Source: an uncultured Gammaproteobacteria bacterium (GTDB taxonomy: Bacteria; Patescibacteriota; Microgenomatia; UBA8517; JACQJR01). From it: a stretch of DNA of 55,663 bases. The notes under the pieces were generated by a model. That model had not been told where the DNA came from. It searched no databases and worked only from the letters and a program-made list of their open reading frames with translations. This document shows, one piece after another, positions 17,850 to 27,506 of this stretch (the stretch's first letter is position 1; each line of letters opens with the position of its first letter). Location: contig CAYIKF010000001.1 in the NCBI GenBank assembly GCA_964363945.1, positions 1 through 55,663 of the forward strand. Direction: 5' to 3'. Position numbers and translations under genes: made by a program.

Positions 17850-19654
17850 TTATTATTTTGGGGATTAAGTGTAAACAAGTAAAATACTGGCTCACCTGAT
17901 GGATACGGAATTGCCTTCACAAGCGTTAAGTTCTTTGGTAATCTTTCCGGTTCTTGAATAAAGTTTATATTAAATTCCTTCGCGCTCGCCAGATATAATG
18001 TTTTTTCATCTAAAAATTCTGCCAGCGAATAAATTCCGCTTTTTGGTTGGGCAGTTCCAAAATAAAATTTATCAATATAGGAAATTTCCCCAAACCCACG
18101 AATTTCCTTCTTCTTAAACGGATAATTTTCATGCCACTTTTGAGGCGGATACTCATACCAACCCGCAAAAAATATCCAGGGTGGTTCATCAGCAGTACTA
18201 ATAATTATTCTATCGTAGTTACCCTCTACCTCCTTTACACCGTTTATTGCCTCGCCAAATCCAGCGTGCCACCATCGTTCCGAATCCCAAGGATAATGAA
18301 CCCAATAGTTATGTTGATATGAGGCAAAACCGAATAAATATAACCCTGCAATACTCGCTACGGCTACCTTAACATATCGTTTTTTAACGAGTTCAATTAT
18401 TTGAAATATCCCCAAGGTGTTAAGAAGTATAAGCGGTGGTAAGAAAAAAAATAATCGCGTAGCATGCATACCTCCGTCTCGAGTTAACGCAGCAGGAATG
18501 GGTGCCGCAAGCAACCAAAAAATAAGGAAAAATTTTATCTTTCTATCAAGCTGACTTTTGAAAAAGAAAATCATACCCGCTAACAAAAACAAAATCTCAA
18601 ATCTATAAAACTGCCCAAAATTTTGGAGTGAGTGTCTCAAATTAAGATCGCCTTCAAGGAAAAGAAAGTGGGTTGAGAAAGACTGAAGGTAATTGCGACC
18701 CAAGACATTTGTCCAAAAAAGCACTTTGTTGTGAGCTGCGCGGTCAATTATTTCAGGTTGGACGCCAAATTCTACCCCAGGGGTACGTATCATGGCATCC
18801 CGCAACCGGGCAAATCCTACCTCAGGAATTGTTGTTGGATCGGTAAAAACCGACAAATAACTGAAACGCTCTGTACCACCGCCAAAAATAGTGCTCGCGG
18901 CAATTGGGCCACCAATTACAACAAGGGCAATAGCCGACCACACCAGCCACTTCTTGCCGATACCAAACAATTCTTTTCTCCAAATAACAAGAAGTGCCAA
19001 GAGTGTAAGCGGGACAAAAAATTTTGCAGTGCTATACACCCAGGGTGCGAGAGCAAAACAAATTGCTGAGAGAGGAAGCCATTTACCACTCTTGAGCCCT
19101 TTTAAGAATAACCATAAACCTGCCAAAAAAAACGCAAGCATTTGGGTTACCTCAAATCCAGCTCGAGAGTATTGAATGTGCCATGGAGAAATTGCCAAAA
19201 GCGCTGCTGCAATCAGTGGTAAGGCGGGTCCTGCCAGTGGTTTCCCTCCCGCCAGTGCTCTCCGCCAGCTGGCGGATGCGCGCGTGTCGGGATCCCTTCC
19301 ACCCCTGTCACCCGCCAATTTTATCAATTCCCCAACCAACAAATAAAATAGCCACACCCCCAATATCCCAAAAATAGCAGCAGGCAGCCGAACTCCTAGG
19401 GGTGAAATTCCAAAGATTGCAACCGTAGGAACTGCAGAATATAAATAAAGTGGCGTTCTCCATTCAGCCAAACTCTGAAAATGAAGTGGCCACGGATTCC
19501 CCGAGTAATCCTTGCCTGTCTTTAAAATTGAATATGCGTGATACCCTACATCAAGCTCATCCCCAAACAGGGAAACAGGTACTTCTGAAATTTTCCATAA
19601 TCTCAAAAACGAAGCAATAATCAGAATAATTACCAATACTATTTTTTTATTCAT
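17846..19654 (-). CDS. GT39/PMT-family membrane glycosyltransferase, paralog 6, with a GC-rich in-frame insertion
   Basis: 602 aa with FGDELDVGYHAYSILKTGKDYSG and SPWHIQYSRAGFE. The C-terminal domain ends in YPSGEPVFYLF. The loop before SPWH carries a 94-bp GC-rich palindromic element (19223-19316). Confidence 0.8.
   Translation of the reverse strand: MNKKIVLVIILIIASFLRLWKISEVPVSLFGDELDVGYHAYSILKTGKDYSGNPWPLHFQSLAEWRTPLYLYSAVPTVAIFGISPLGVRLPAAIFGILGVWLFYLLVGELIKLAGDRGGRDPDTRASASWRRALAGGKPLAGPALPLIAAALLAISPWHIQYSRAGFEVTQMLAFFLAGLWLFLKGLKSGKWLPLSAICFALAPWVYSTAKFFVPLTLLALLVIWRKELFGIGKKWLVWSAIALVVIGGPIAASTIFGGGTERFSYLSVFTDPTTIPEVGFARLRDAMIRTPGVEFGVQPEIIDRAAHNKVLFWTNVLGRNYLQSFSTHFLFLEGDLNLRHSLQNFGQFYRFEILFLLAGMIFFFKSQLDRKIKFFLIFWLLAAPIPAALTRDGGMHATRLFFFLPPLILLNTLGIFQIIELVKKRYVKVAVASIAGLYLFGFASYQHNYWVHYPWDSERWWHAGFGEAINGVKEVEGNYDRIIISTADEPPWIFFAGWYEYPPQKWHENYPFKKKEIRGFGEISYIDKFYFGTAQPKSGIYSLAEFLDEKTLYLASAKEFNINFIQEPERLPKNLTLVKAIPYPSGEPVFYLFTLNPQNNK
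19223..19316. repeat. 94-bp GC-rich palindromic element: inverted termini GGCGGGT/ACCCGCC, central TCCGCCAGCTGGCGGA at 19261-19276
   Basis: Read directly. The element is symmetric about the core and strongly GC-rich against the AT-rich background. It is translated in frame as AGDRGGRDPDTRASASWRRALAGGKPLAGP. Confidence 0.8.
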
Positions 19655-19706
19655 ACCTTTTCCATTGTATACATTAATATGTTAAAGTTTATCAGGGATT
19701 ATTAAA

Positions 19707-21212
19707 ATGCCTAACATACGAAAATTTATCAACTATGCAAAAAAACATCCCCATTTAGTATTACTTTGCCTTATTCTTATAATCGCACTTTTTTTCAGAG
19801 CTTACAAGCTTATAGAGTGGTTTGAGTTTGCTCAAGATGGTGATCTTTATTCTTGGATTGTTAAGGATATTGTCGTCGATAAACATCTCAGGCTTATCGG
19901 GCAACTCACCACCGCTCCCGGCATATTTATTGGTCCTGCTTTTTATTACATACTTATCCCATTCTTCTTAGTTGCCCACATGGATCCAGTGGGAGCCGTT
20001 ATACCTATAACGCTCATGGGTGTATTGACTGTCGCGAGCTACTACTATGTATTTTCAAAACTCTTCAACAAAGAAGTGGGCCTCGTGGCAGCATTTTTAT
20101 ATGCCATATTACTTTCCCTCGTAATCTTTGACCGCCGCGTTGTGCCAAGCACTCCCACAAACTTGTGGCTTGTTTGGTATTTTTACACAGTTTTAATGAT
20201 TAGACGGGGCAACTTTTCTGTACTTCCTTTGCTTGGTGTTTTAATCGGACTGATATGGCACATCCATATTGCGCTTGCTCCAGCCCTTATAGCTGTACCC
20301 GTGGCACTGGTTCTCTCTGGCAAAATTCCCCCCTTGAAGAAAATTTTTCTATCTATCTTTGCTTTTTTTGTTATCTCCACACCGCTTATTTTTTTTGAGG
20401 CAAGACATAATTTTTCTCAGACAACAAGCTTTATCCAAAATCTTTTCATAAATCAAGGAGGAGGAACAGGATTTGAAAAAATGCAGCTTGTTATTATCAA
20501 GATGGTCGGAGATATTATTCGTTTATTCTTCTATCCTCAAGGCTTACCGTTTATAAATCATTATTTTTTTGTTGCGCTGCTGTTTCTGTCAGGGTTATTT
20601 CTTGTTAAGAAACAACTTCTTCATATTCGTGAATTAACGATTTTTTATGTATGGACGGGTACTATTGTTCTCTTCTATACATTCTCCTCAACTATAATCT
20701 CAGAATATTATTTTGCAAATATTGAGATTATCTTTTTAACTATAGCTGCCCTTCTTCTTTATTCGCTCTATAAATCCTCACGGCCTGGCAAATACTGGAC
20801 AATAGGCATACTACTTGTAGTCTTTTTCAAAAACTCATTCTTTTTTTTAACAACAGATATTTACCATAAAGGATATGTAGAGCGCAAAGGAGTGGCAGCT
20901 TTTATTACAGAAGACGCTCGAAAGCACGATTTGCCCTGTGTTGCAATCTCGTATATTACCTCCCCGGGAGAAAATGTAGGATTTCGCTATTTCTTTTTTT
21001 TGAATAACCTAAAAACAACTCAAATTCAAGAAGGAGCGGCAACTTACTCAATTGTACTACCACCTCATCTTGCGCAAGGTCAAAATGAAAAACTATTTGG
21101 TCAAATAAAAATTATACCTCCTGAAAAAATTCCTCCTACAGCAGAAATTACTAAAAGCTGTAGTGGCCAAAATACAAATCTAACTGATTCTCTATTTGGC
21201 TTTACTGACTAA
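19707..21212 (+). CDS. Polytopic membrane protein, uncharacterised GT-C-like family B (D-x-G-R-D type), the only plus-strand gene inside the locus
   Basis: 501 aa. QDGDLYSWIVKD...LRLIGQLTTAPGIFIGPAFYYILIPFF aligns by eye with the signature of 23533-25089, 41436-43052 and the C-terminal part of 43052-45277. Confidence 0.55.
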   Translation: MPNIRKFINYAKKHPHLVLLCLILIIALFFRAYKLIEWFEFAQDGDLYSWIVKDIVVDKHLRLIGQLTTAPGIFIGPAFYYILIPFFLVAHMDPVGAVIPITLMGVLTVASYYYVFSKLFNKEVGLVAAFLYAILLSLVIFDRRVVPSTPTNLWLVWYFYTVLMIRRGNFSVLPLLGVLIGLIWHIHIALAPALIAVPVALVLSGKIPPLKKIFLSIFAFFVISTPLIFFEARHNFSQTTSFIQNLFINQGGGTGFEKMQLVIIKMVGDIIRLFFYPQGLPFINHYFFVALLFLSGLFLVKKQLLHIRELTIFYVWTGTIVLFYTFSSTIISEYYFANIEIIFLTIAALLLYSLYKSSRPGKYWTIGILLVVFFKNSFFFLTTDIYHKGYVERKGVAAFITEDARKHDLPCVAISYITSPGENVGFRYFFFLNNLKTTQIQEGAATYSIVLPPHLAQGQNEKLFGQIKIIPPEKIPPTAEITKSCSGQNTNLTDSLFGFTD

Positions 21213-22032
21213 ACTCCACCAGTCTTTTCCATTTCTGCCCCAACCATAAAACTATCGTTAACAATGTATGTTTTACTCGTCCGTGATATATTATTGAAGA
21301 TTGGATAAGCCAGTTTCTTGCTTGCTCTGGGACAGTACGTGTCACTCCACCATGTTCATGAAAAATCTCTGATGTCGGGAGATAATACACCGATAGCCCA
21401 GAACGTCTAACTCTCCGGCAAAAATCTAAATCCTCAAAGTACATAAAAAAACGCTCATCTAATAAGCCCACCTTCTCTATCGTTATTTTTGGAATAAACA
21501 TTGCTGCACCAACTACTGCATCAACTTGTTTGGGTGTATTTCCTCGTGGCGCATATTTATCGTAAGCACTCTTTATTCCTAAAAAATACTCTTTTATTGC
21601 GTTAAAAATTGTCGGCTCGTGATAGCATGAAGGTTGAACAGATCCATCGGAATTTAATAATTGAGGCGCTACTACTCCCGCATCTGGGTGAATTTTTGTA
21701 AATTCAAGAAGTTTATCAATCGCATCCTTTGTCAACTTAGTATCTGGATTAAGAATGAATAAATAATCTCCTTTTGCTACCTTAATACCCTGATTAACCG
21801 CTTTTGCATATCCTAAATTTTCTTTGTTTTCAATAACTTTTAACTTTTGATTTGTAATTTTGATTTCTTCCATTGACTCATCAGTGGATGCATTATCCAC
21901 AACAATAACCTCTGTATCTTTGGGGGCATATTTTCCAATGGAATTAAGGCACTGAATAATAAAATTTTTTGTGTTGTAATTAACAATAATTATTGAGACC
22001 ATTCTATTTAAATTGTGCAAAAATTTGCTCAT
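21202..22032 (-). CDS. Glycosyltransferase family 2
   Basis: 276 aa with VSIIIVNYNTKNF, VVDNASTDES, ILNPDT and YFEDLDFCRR (the rhamnosyl/galactosyl-transferase-like GT2 subgroup). A more likely start is Met-11 at 22002, which removes the 29-nt overlap. Confidence 0.85.
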   Translation of the reverse strand: MSKFLHNLNRMVSIIIVNYNTKNFIIQCLNSIGKYAPKDTEVIVVDNASTDESMEEIKITNQKLKVIENKENLGYAKAVNQGIKVAKGDYLFILNPDTKLTKDAIDKLLEFTKIHPDAGVVAPQLLNSDGSVQPSCYHEPTIFNAIKEYFLGIKSAYDKYAPRGNTPKQVDAVVGAAMFIPKITIEKVGLLDERFFMYFEDLDFCRRVRRSGLSVYYLPTSEIFHEHGGVTRTVPEQARNWLIQSSIIYHGRVKHTLLTIVLWLGQKWKRLVEFSQ

Positions 22033-22882
22033 CGGAAATAGTTGCTTCTCTTTTTTCTTTTGCTCGAGAACTAGTAATTTTAAACCAGTGGGAAAGTGCA
22101 GCTAAAACTACCTTTAAATATCCCGGTGATTTTACAGTTCGTTTCACAACAGCCCCTACATGCTCTTTAATCAAATGTGGGCTTGTAATATTTTTCCAAA
22201 TAAAAAGCAGTTGATTGCGTTCCTGAATAAAATTAATGTAATCCCTTGAAAAATACTTGCTGATCGTTCCTTCATGTTCATGTTCTACACGTGCCTTTGG
22301 ATCCCATAAAAGTGTATAACCCCTCTTTGCAGCTCTATATGAAAGGTCAATGTCCTCCCAATAAAAGGGATGGTAAATAGTGTCAAAACCTCCAAGTGCA
22401 TCCCATATCGATTTCCTAAATACGCCACTGCCACCGGATATCCAAAAGGTAATATGTGTTTCCTTTGTTTGAGGCCCTGGTCCGTGCTCAAAAAATCCAT
22501 TTAACCATCTCCCTTTACCCCATGACCACCTTACTTCGTTAAATGAAACCCCAAAGACGTTTTTATTTTTAAAATGGGGTAATACTACATCAAGTAATCC
22601 AGGCTCTGGACGGACATCGGTATTAAGAAGGACCACGATATCACCCCTAGAGGCTTCCACTCCTCTATTTACAGCTCTAGCAAAACCTAAGTTCTTTTTG
22701 TTTTCAATAATTCTTAAATCTTTATTCTTAAATCTTAAATCATGTAGCAAAACTACAGACCCATCCGTCGACCCATCATCTACCACAATCACCTCCGAAG
22801 CCCCAACCGCTAACCAGCTAGAAATATTTCTCTCAATTAGATGTCTACCATTCCAATTTGGTATAACAAGTGATACTGTCAT
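22004..22882 (-). CDS. Glycosyltransferase family 2
   Basis: 292 aa with VSLVIPNWNG, VVDDGSTDGS, LLNTDV and YWEDIDLSYR. ATGA overlap with the upstream methyltransferase gene. Confidence 0.85.
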   Translation of the reverse strand: MTVSLVIPNWNGRHLIERNISSWLAVGASEVIVVDDGSTDGSVVLLHDLRFKNKDLRIIENKKNLGFARAVNRGVEASRGDIVVLLNTDVRPEPGLLDVVLPHFKNKNVFGVSFNEVRWSWGKGRWLNGFFEHGPGPQTKETHITFWISGGSGVFRKSIWDALGGFDTIYHPFYWEDIDLSYRAAKRGYTLLWDPKARVEHEHEGTISKYFSRDYINFIQERNQLLFIWKNITSPHLIKEHVGAVVKRTVKSPGYLKVVLAALSHWFKITSSRAKEKREATISDEQIFAQFK

Positions 22883-23532
22883 TCTTTTACTGTTTTCACA
22901 ACATGGAGCATTCCCAATAAAAACTTTTTATTCTCTCTTATCTTCAACCCTGATTGCTCTAGTAATCTCTCAAGAAAATTGTTTGAAAAATTATGAAGGT
23001 GCGTATCTTCCCAAATATTTTTACCCGGCAACATCTGCCAAAGCGGCCAAATGATACTGTGGAAAAGCCAATTTTCACTAGGCACCAAAATAACTGCGTA
23101 TCCACCCTTTTTGAGCACACGATAAATTTCCCGCAGGACTCTTGAAGGGTCAACTACATGCTCAAGCGCTTCCAAACAAAATACCGCATTAAATTCTTGC
23201 GTTTTAAAAGGAAGATTATGCGCATCAGCAACTTTGAATTTCATTTGTTTGTTTTTAGAAAATCTCTTTTTGGCATAATCAATTGAACTCTTGAGTACAT
23301 CAATCCCAACAAGTTTTCGTGCACCAGTTTTTTGAAATATTATTTTAGTAAACGTTCCATCAGCACAACCAATATCAAGAATGCTTTCTGCCGGCTCAAT
23401 AAGTTCTCCTACTTCTAAAAATCGTCTCGTGTGCCAAAATCGCTGAAGTAGATTTCTTTTAATGGAGCGTTCGTACCAATCAGGAGGAACATTCTTGTGT
23501 AAACGTACTGCTATAGTATGTGTATCTTTCAT
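22879..23532 (-). CDS. Class I SAM-dependent methyltransferase
   Basis: 217 aa with motif I ILDIGCADGTF and post-I/II elements (VGIDV, FNAVFCLEALEHV). Confidence 0.85.
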   Translation of the reverse strand: MKDTHTIAVRLHKNVPPDWYERSIKRNLLQRFWHTRRFLEVGELIEPAESILDIGCADGTFTKIIFQKTGARKLVGIDVLKSSIDYAKKRFSKNKQMKFKVADAHNLPFKTQEFNAVFCLEALEHVVDPSRVLREIYRVLKKGGYAVILVPSENWLFHSIIWPLWQMLPGKNIWEDTHLHNFSNNFLERLLEQSGLKIRENKKFLLGMLHVVKTVKE

Positions 23533-25089
23533 TTATTTTTTATACTTTCTGGGATGCTCCTCCCGCAATTGAACTATCAACCAAGAAGATTTATCACCAA
23601 AAACTTTTTCCTCAACAACCTTGCCGTATTGCTCTTGTTCAAACAGATACTGTTCAACAAACGCGTAACGCACGCCACGTGTTGGCTCTATAATGCTAAA
23701 CATTATATACTCCTCTTCTTGCGACTTCCAAGAAGGTAAAAATCCCGGGAAACCCGGTGCTACCTCACCCGCCCAATATGGTAAGTATCCATACTTATTC
23801 TTCCCATACCAGTTAAAAAGATAAGCCCACGTTGTATTTATCTTTAAAGGCATAGTGAGTGCTGATACCACAATTGGTTTTTTGTTTGCTTGTTGATATA
23901 TAAAATCCAACGCTTGTTTTTCTCGGGAAAGGAGCATCCCTTCTTGAACATAAATATCACTTATTACACCCTCAGAATTCCTTTTTGAAATAAGGACTAA
24001 ATTGCTTACCAAAATAACAATCATAAAAAATATTGCAATTGGTTTTTTACTTACATAGATTCTTGAAATTATGTAGGCAACAAGTAAGAGCAAGGCAGGA
24101 GCAATACCAATGTTTGAATAATAAAGCTTTGGTATGCCAAAAAGGAATAAAAAAGCACTCGACAAAAACCAAATAATTAAAAAGGTGATTTGCTTATAAT
24201 TATTTTTTTTATTAAGAATTAAATAAGAAAAATAAAACAACAGGACAGAAAGTACTAAAACTTGGATTATTTCCCTACCCGTAACAAGATTATCATGCAC
24301 ATGTAAAGTTAATTTATCCCAATATGCAAACAGTGGGGAAGTTTCTTGCTGATGTCTTCCAATTGATGTGACTGTTTCAATAAGCGTTGTGACCGTTCTA
24401 AAACCAAATTTTATTTCAGCAAGTACGAATGTTGAAACTGCAACGGAAAAAGAAAAAACTGATACCAAAATTCTTGGAATTGTCATTTGGGGAATTATCT
24501 CTTTTTTAAAGATCACAACGATAATTACAAAAATAAAACTTAAATAGATGAGAAAAAATTCAAACTGAATTGATAAGCCAAGAGCAAAAAGAGAGACTGG
24601 CAAACCAATCCAATTTTTCTTAAAAACAAGAAATGCTAATCCTGCATAAAACGTCATTACTGTTAATACCGCCGGTGCAGGATTGCCAAAATAAAGCGCA
24701 TACTGTGTTTGTTCATATGAAATAGCGTACAAAAATCCCGCAAAAACTCCTGTTGTCGGATTGAAAAGTGTTTTTCCTATCCAAAAAATACTAAAAACTC
24801 CGAGAGCATTAAGAAAGAGTAAGAATGCAGCGGAAATTTCCGGATTGCCTCCACTCAACCAATAGAACGGACCAATAAGATACCAATAAAGAGGACCATG
24901 GAAAAGATTTTCTGCGGCCGTTGAGGGACCAATAATTTTAAAATTTAAATTCTTATATATATCTAATGATTCAAACGCATCTCGTGCTTGGTCAAAACCG
25001 AAATAAATATTTTGAGGGAAAAACAAAAAGCGCACGACAATAGCGAATACAAAAATAGTAAAAGTAAGAAAAATTACTATCTTATCCAT
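23533..25089 (-). CDS. Polytopic membrane protein, GT-C-like family B
   Basis: 518 aa. FDQARDAFESL...FKIIGPSTAAENLFHGPLYWYLIGPFY is the family-B signature. Confidence 0.55.
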   Translation of the reverse strand: MDKIVIFLTFTIFVFAIVVRFLFFPQNIYFGFDQARDAFESLDIYKNLNFKIIGPSTAAENLFHGPLYWYLIGPFYWLSGGNPEISAAFLLFLNALGVFSIFWIGKTLFNPTTGVFAGFLYAISYEQTQYALYFGNPAPAVLTVMTFYAGLAFLVFKKNWIGLPVSLFALGLSIQFEFFLIYLSFIFVIIVVIFKKEIIPQMTIPRILVSVFSFSVAVSTFVLAEIKFGFRTVTTLIETVTSIGRHQQETSPLFAYWDKLTLHVHDNLVTGREIIQVLVLSVLLFYFSYLILNKKNNYKQITFLIIWFLSSAFLFLFGIPKLYYSNIGIAPALLLLVAYIISRIYVSKKPIAIFFMIVILVSNLVLISKRNSEGVISDIYVQEGMLLSREKQALDFIYQQANKKPIVVSALTMPLKINTTWAYLFNWYGKNKYGYLPYWAGEVAPGFPGFLPSWKSQEEEYIMFSIIEPTRGVRYAFVEQYLFEQEQYGKVVEEKVFGDKSSWLIVQLREEHPRKYKK

Positions 25090-27506
25090 AGCTTACCCAT
25101 TTTCATTAATCTATTTTTTCTAAACAAAAGAAACAACAAAATAACTAAAAGAGAAAACGCGCTAATTTTCAAACCGAGAAAGAATGATTCTGGTTTGTAA
25201 ATAAATTGAACTGTGTGTTCGCCTTTTAAAATAGGAATCGCCCGAAATGCAAAATTTGCTTTCAATAATTTCTCCTCCTTTCCATCTACATAAGCTTTCC
25301 ATCCGGGATAAAAAGTTTCAGAAACAAAAAGCATACCAGAGGACTCAGTTGTTACAATAAGTTTGCTTTCTTGCTCTCTATATTTTTTATAACGCACGCT
25401 ATTTTTTACTTCTTTACCATCTCCTCGTTGAATGCCTGGATTTTCAGAAAGAAGAATTTTTTCTCTTATTGAAAAATTTTTGTTAAGCAACGATTCTAAT
25501 AAGAGAGTGTCGTCATTTATTTCTTCCCAATCAAATACCATAAATGCCCGAGGAAGAGCATTTTTACTTTCTAAAACAGCTACTGACTTATCTTCAAACA
25601 CCACTCTAAAACGTTCAGGGTCAAAGCGTGGTGAAACTCTACCAGCAGCGCTTGGTTTATTTTCCTCGCCCCTTTTAATCGTAAGATAGTAAACCGTATT
25701 TGAAAGCTCAAGAAGAGGTGAGGTGACATTATCAACAATACCATATCTACCGGCTGGATTGGTTGCTACACTCTCGCTATTAATTGCAGCAATAAACTTT
25801 GATATATTCAGAGGATATGCTGCATCGTATCCTTCTAAAGACTCAAGACCGTATGCCATCCTCATATTAATAGGAATGACTTGAGAGCCAGTAATGCGAA
25901 CAGGTTTTTCCTTTTCAATTAAAAACTCAAGGACTGGTGTTGTGGGAAAAACAATGTGACGAGGAGAGAACGAAGTAAACTTCCACCCAAAACGAAAAAC
26001 TTCGAATAGTAAAACTGTGCACAAAATTACTACGCCAGTTTTTCTAAAAGCTTTTGTTTTTTGTCTTCGAAAGAACCATACAATAATAAAACTTACAAAA
26101 AAGATAAAAAGCGGAATGACAGAATTTCTTAAAGCAACAATATATTGCGGAATTCCTCTAACAAGAGGATGATAAATATCAGGATTGCTTTGGCTCAAAA
26201 AGAAAAAAATAATCGCATAAGTTGTAAATCCAACAACAGTAATTCCTGGAACAAGAAACGCCCATTTAATTCTTAGTTGTTTACTTTGTAAGAAGTATTC
26301 AACTCCAAAACCCGCAAGAAGTGCGACTGCTAAATTAGAAAGGACAAGCGCTCTGTGGGCAGACGCTGCTTGAAATCCTAAAAATCCACTTTTCCAAAGA
26401 AAAATAGAGACTGGGCTGGGAAAAGCAAAAACAAGAGATACGACCAGTAATATAAGACCGAATATTATTCCCTTTTGTTTTTTAACTAGGGAGATTGCAA
26501 GCCCAGCAAATACAGCAGCAACTACACCAACAAATCCTGTATTTGAGGTATAATCTTGAGGACCCCAATAGTTGCCTGTTGCATGATTTCCAAAGTAGTC
26601 GGGGGCAAAAAAGGTTATTATTTTGGCAAATGGTAAAAAGGCCCAATCAAACGGATGAGGCTCTATCTCTCTTTGCGAAAGAGATAATAATTCTGCTCCT
26701 GGCAAAATTTGAAATGCCGAAAGTCCCAAGCCCAATAAACCAAAAAACGCTAAGAAAATAGTTTTCTTTAAAAAAATAGACGACTTTTCCATCCTCACAA
26801 GCCATAGAACTCCCATGGCTAAAAATGAATAAAACATAACTTGCGGATACCCGGAAAGCATCTGAAGAGCAATAGAAATGCTTAGTCCTACTCCGAAAAT
26901 CCCTCGCCCACTCAAAAGCCACTTATCTTCAAATAATAAAATAAGAGGGATAAAGGCTGCTGCGAGAGCATGACCATTCCATTGCGACCACAACGTATTA
27001 AATCCGCTAAACGCAAAAGCAATACCTCCTACCATTGACGCGAATTGAGAAAGCTTCCAATTTCGGAGCAGTAGATACGCAAAAAGAGCAGCAAGTATAT
27101 GCTGCAATATAACCTGGATGCTCCATGCAGAGAGTTTATCAAATAGGAGATACACTACATTCGTTGGAGAAAAAGGTGCAGATTGAAAATTTGCAAGAAG
27201 CGGAGTTCCACCTAAAATATATGGATTCCATAATGGCCACTCTCCTTCTTTTAAAAGATCAACCGCCAGCATTTGCATCGGATAGGTAAATGAAACAACA
27301 TCTGCCATAATTGGATTTTTAACAGGAACTCCAACCTCATATCCCCATTTATAATCAAGCCAAGGAAAGTAAGAACCAACTACAAAATCTGCCGGAAGAG
27401 GAACTTTATTTTGTAACCAAACGGGATAAAAGAAAAGAAGAACTGATACAAAGATTGCCAGGATAGGCCAAATATTAGAGAATAACTTTAAGGATCTCAT
27501 CTTCAA
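25077..27506 (-). CDS. YfhO-family membrane glycosyltransferase (GT-C)
   Basis: 809 aa. Large polytopic N-terminal part containing YFGNHATGNYWG. The C-terminal domain TFYPGWKAYVDGKEEKL...GEHTVQFIY plus a terminal TM helix is as in YfhO-type proteins. Confidence 0.7.
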   Translation of the reverse strand: MKMRSLKLFSNIWPILAIFVSVLLFFYPVWLQNKVPLPADFVVGSYFPWLDYKWGYEVGVPVKNPIMADVVSFTYPMQMLAVDLLKEGEWPLWNPYILGGTPLLANFQSAPFSPTNVVYLLFDKLSAWSIQVILQHILAALFAYLLLRNWKLSQFASMVGGIAFAFSGFNTLWSQWNGHALAAAFIPLILLFEDKWLLSGRGIFGVGLSISIALQMLSGYPQVMFYSFLAMGVLWLVRMEKSSIFLKKTIFLAFFGLLGLGLSAFQILPGAELLSLSQREIEPHPFDWAFLPFAKIITFFAPDYFGNHATGNYWGPQDYTSNTGFVGVVAAVFAGLAISLVKKQKGIIFGLILLVVSLVFAFPSPVSIFLWKSGFLGFQAASAHRALVLSNLAVALLAGFGVEYFLQSKQLRIKWAFLVPGITVVGFTTYAIIFFFLSQSNPDIYHPLVRGIPQYIVALRNSVIPLFIFFVSFIIVWFFRRQKTKAFRKTGVVILCTVLLFEVFRFGWKFTSFSPRHIVFPTTPVLEFLIEKEKPVRITGSQVIPINMRMAYGLESLEGYDAAYPLNISKFIAAINSESVATNPAGRYGIVDNVTSPLLELSNTVYYLTIKRGEENKPSAAGRVSPRFDPERFRVVFEDKSVAVLESKNALPRAFMVFDWEEINDDTLLLESLLNKNFSIREKILLSENPGIQRGDGKEVKNSVRYKKYREQESKLIVTTESSGMLFVSETFYPGWKAYVDGKEEKLLKANFAFRAIPILKGEHTVQFIYKPESFFLGLKISAFSLLVILLFLLFRKNRLMKMGKLWIR

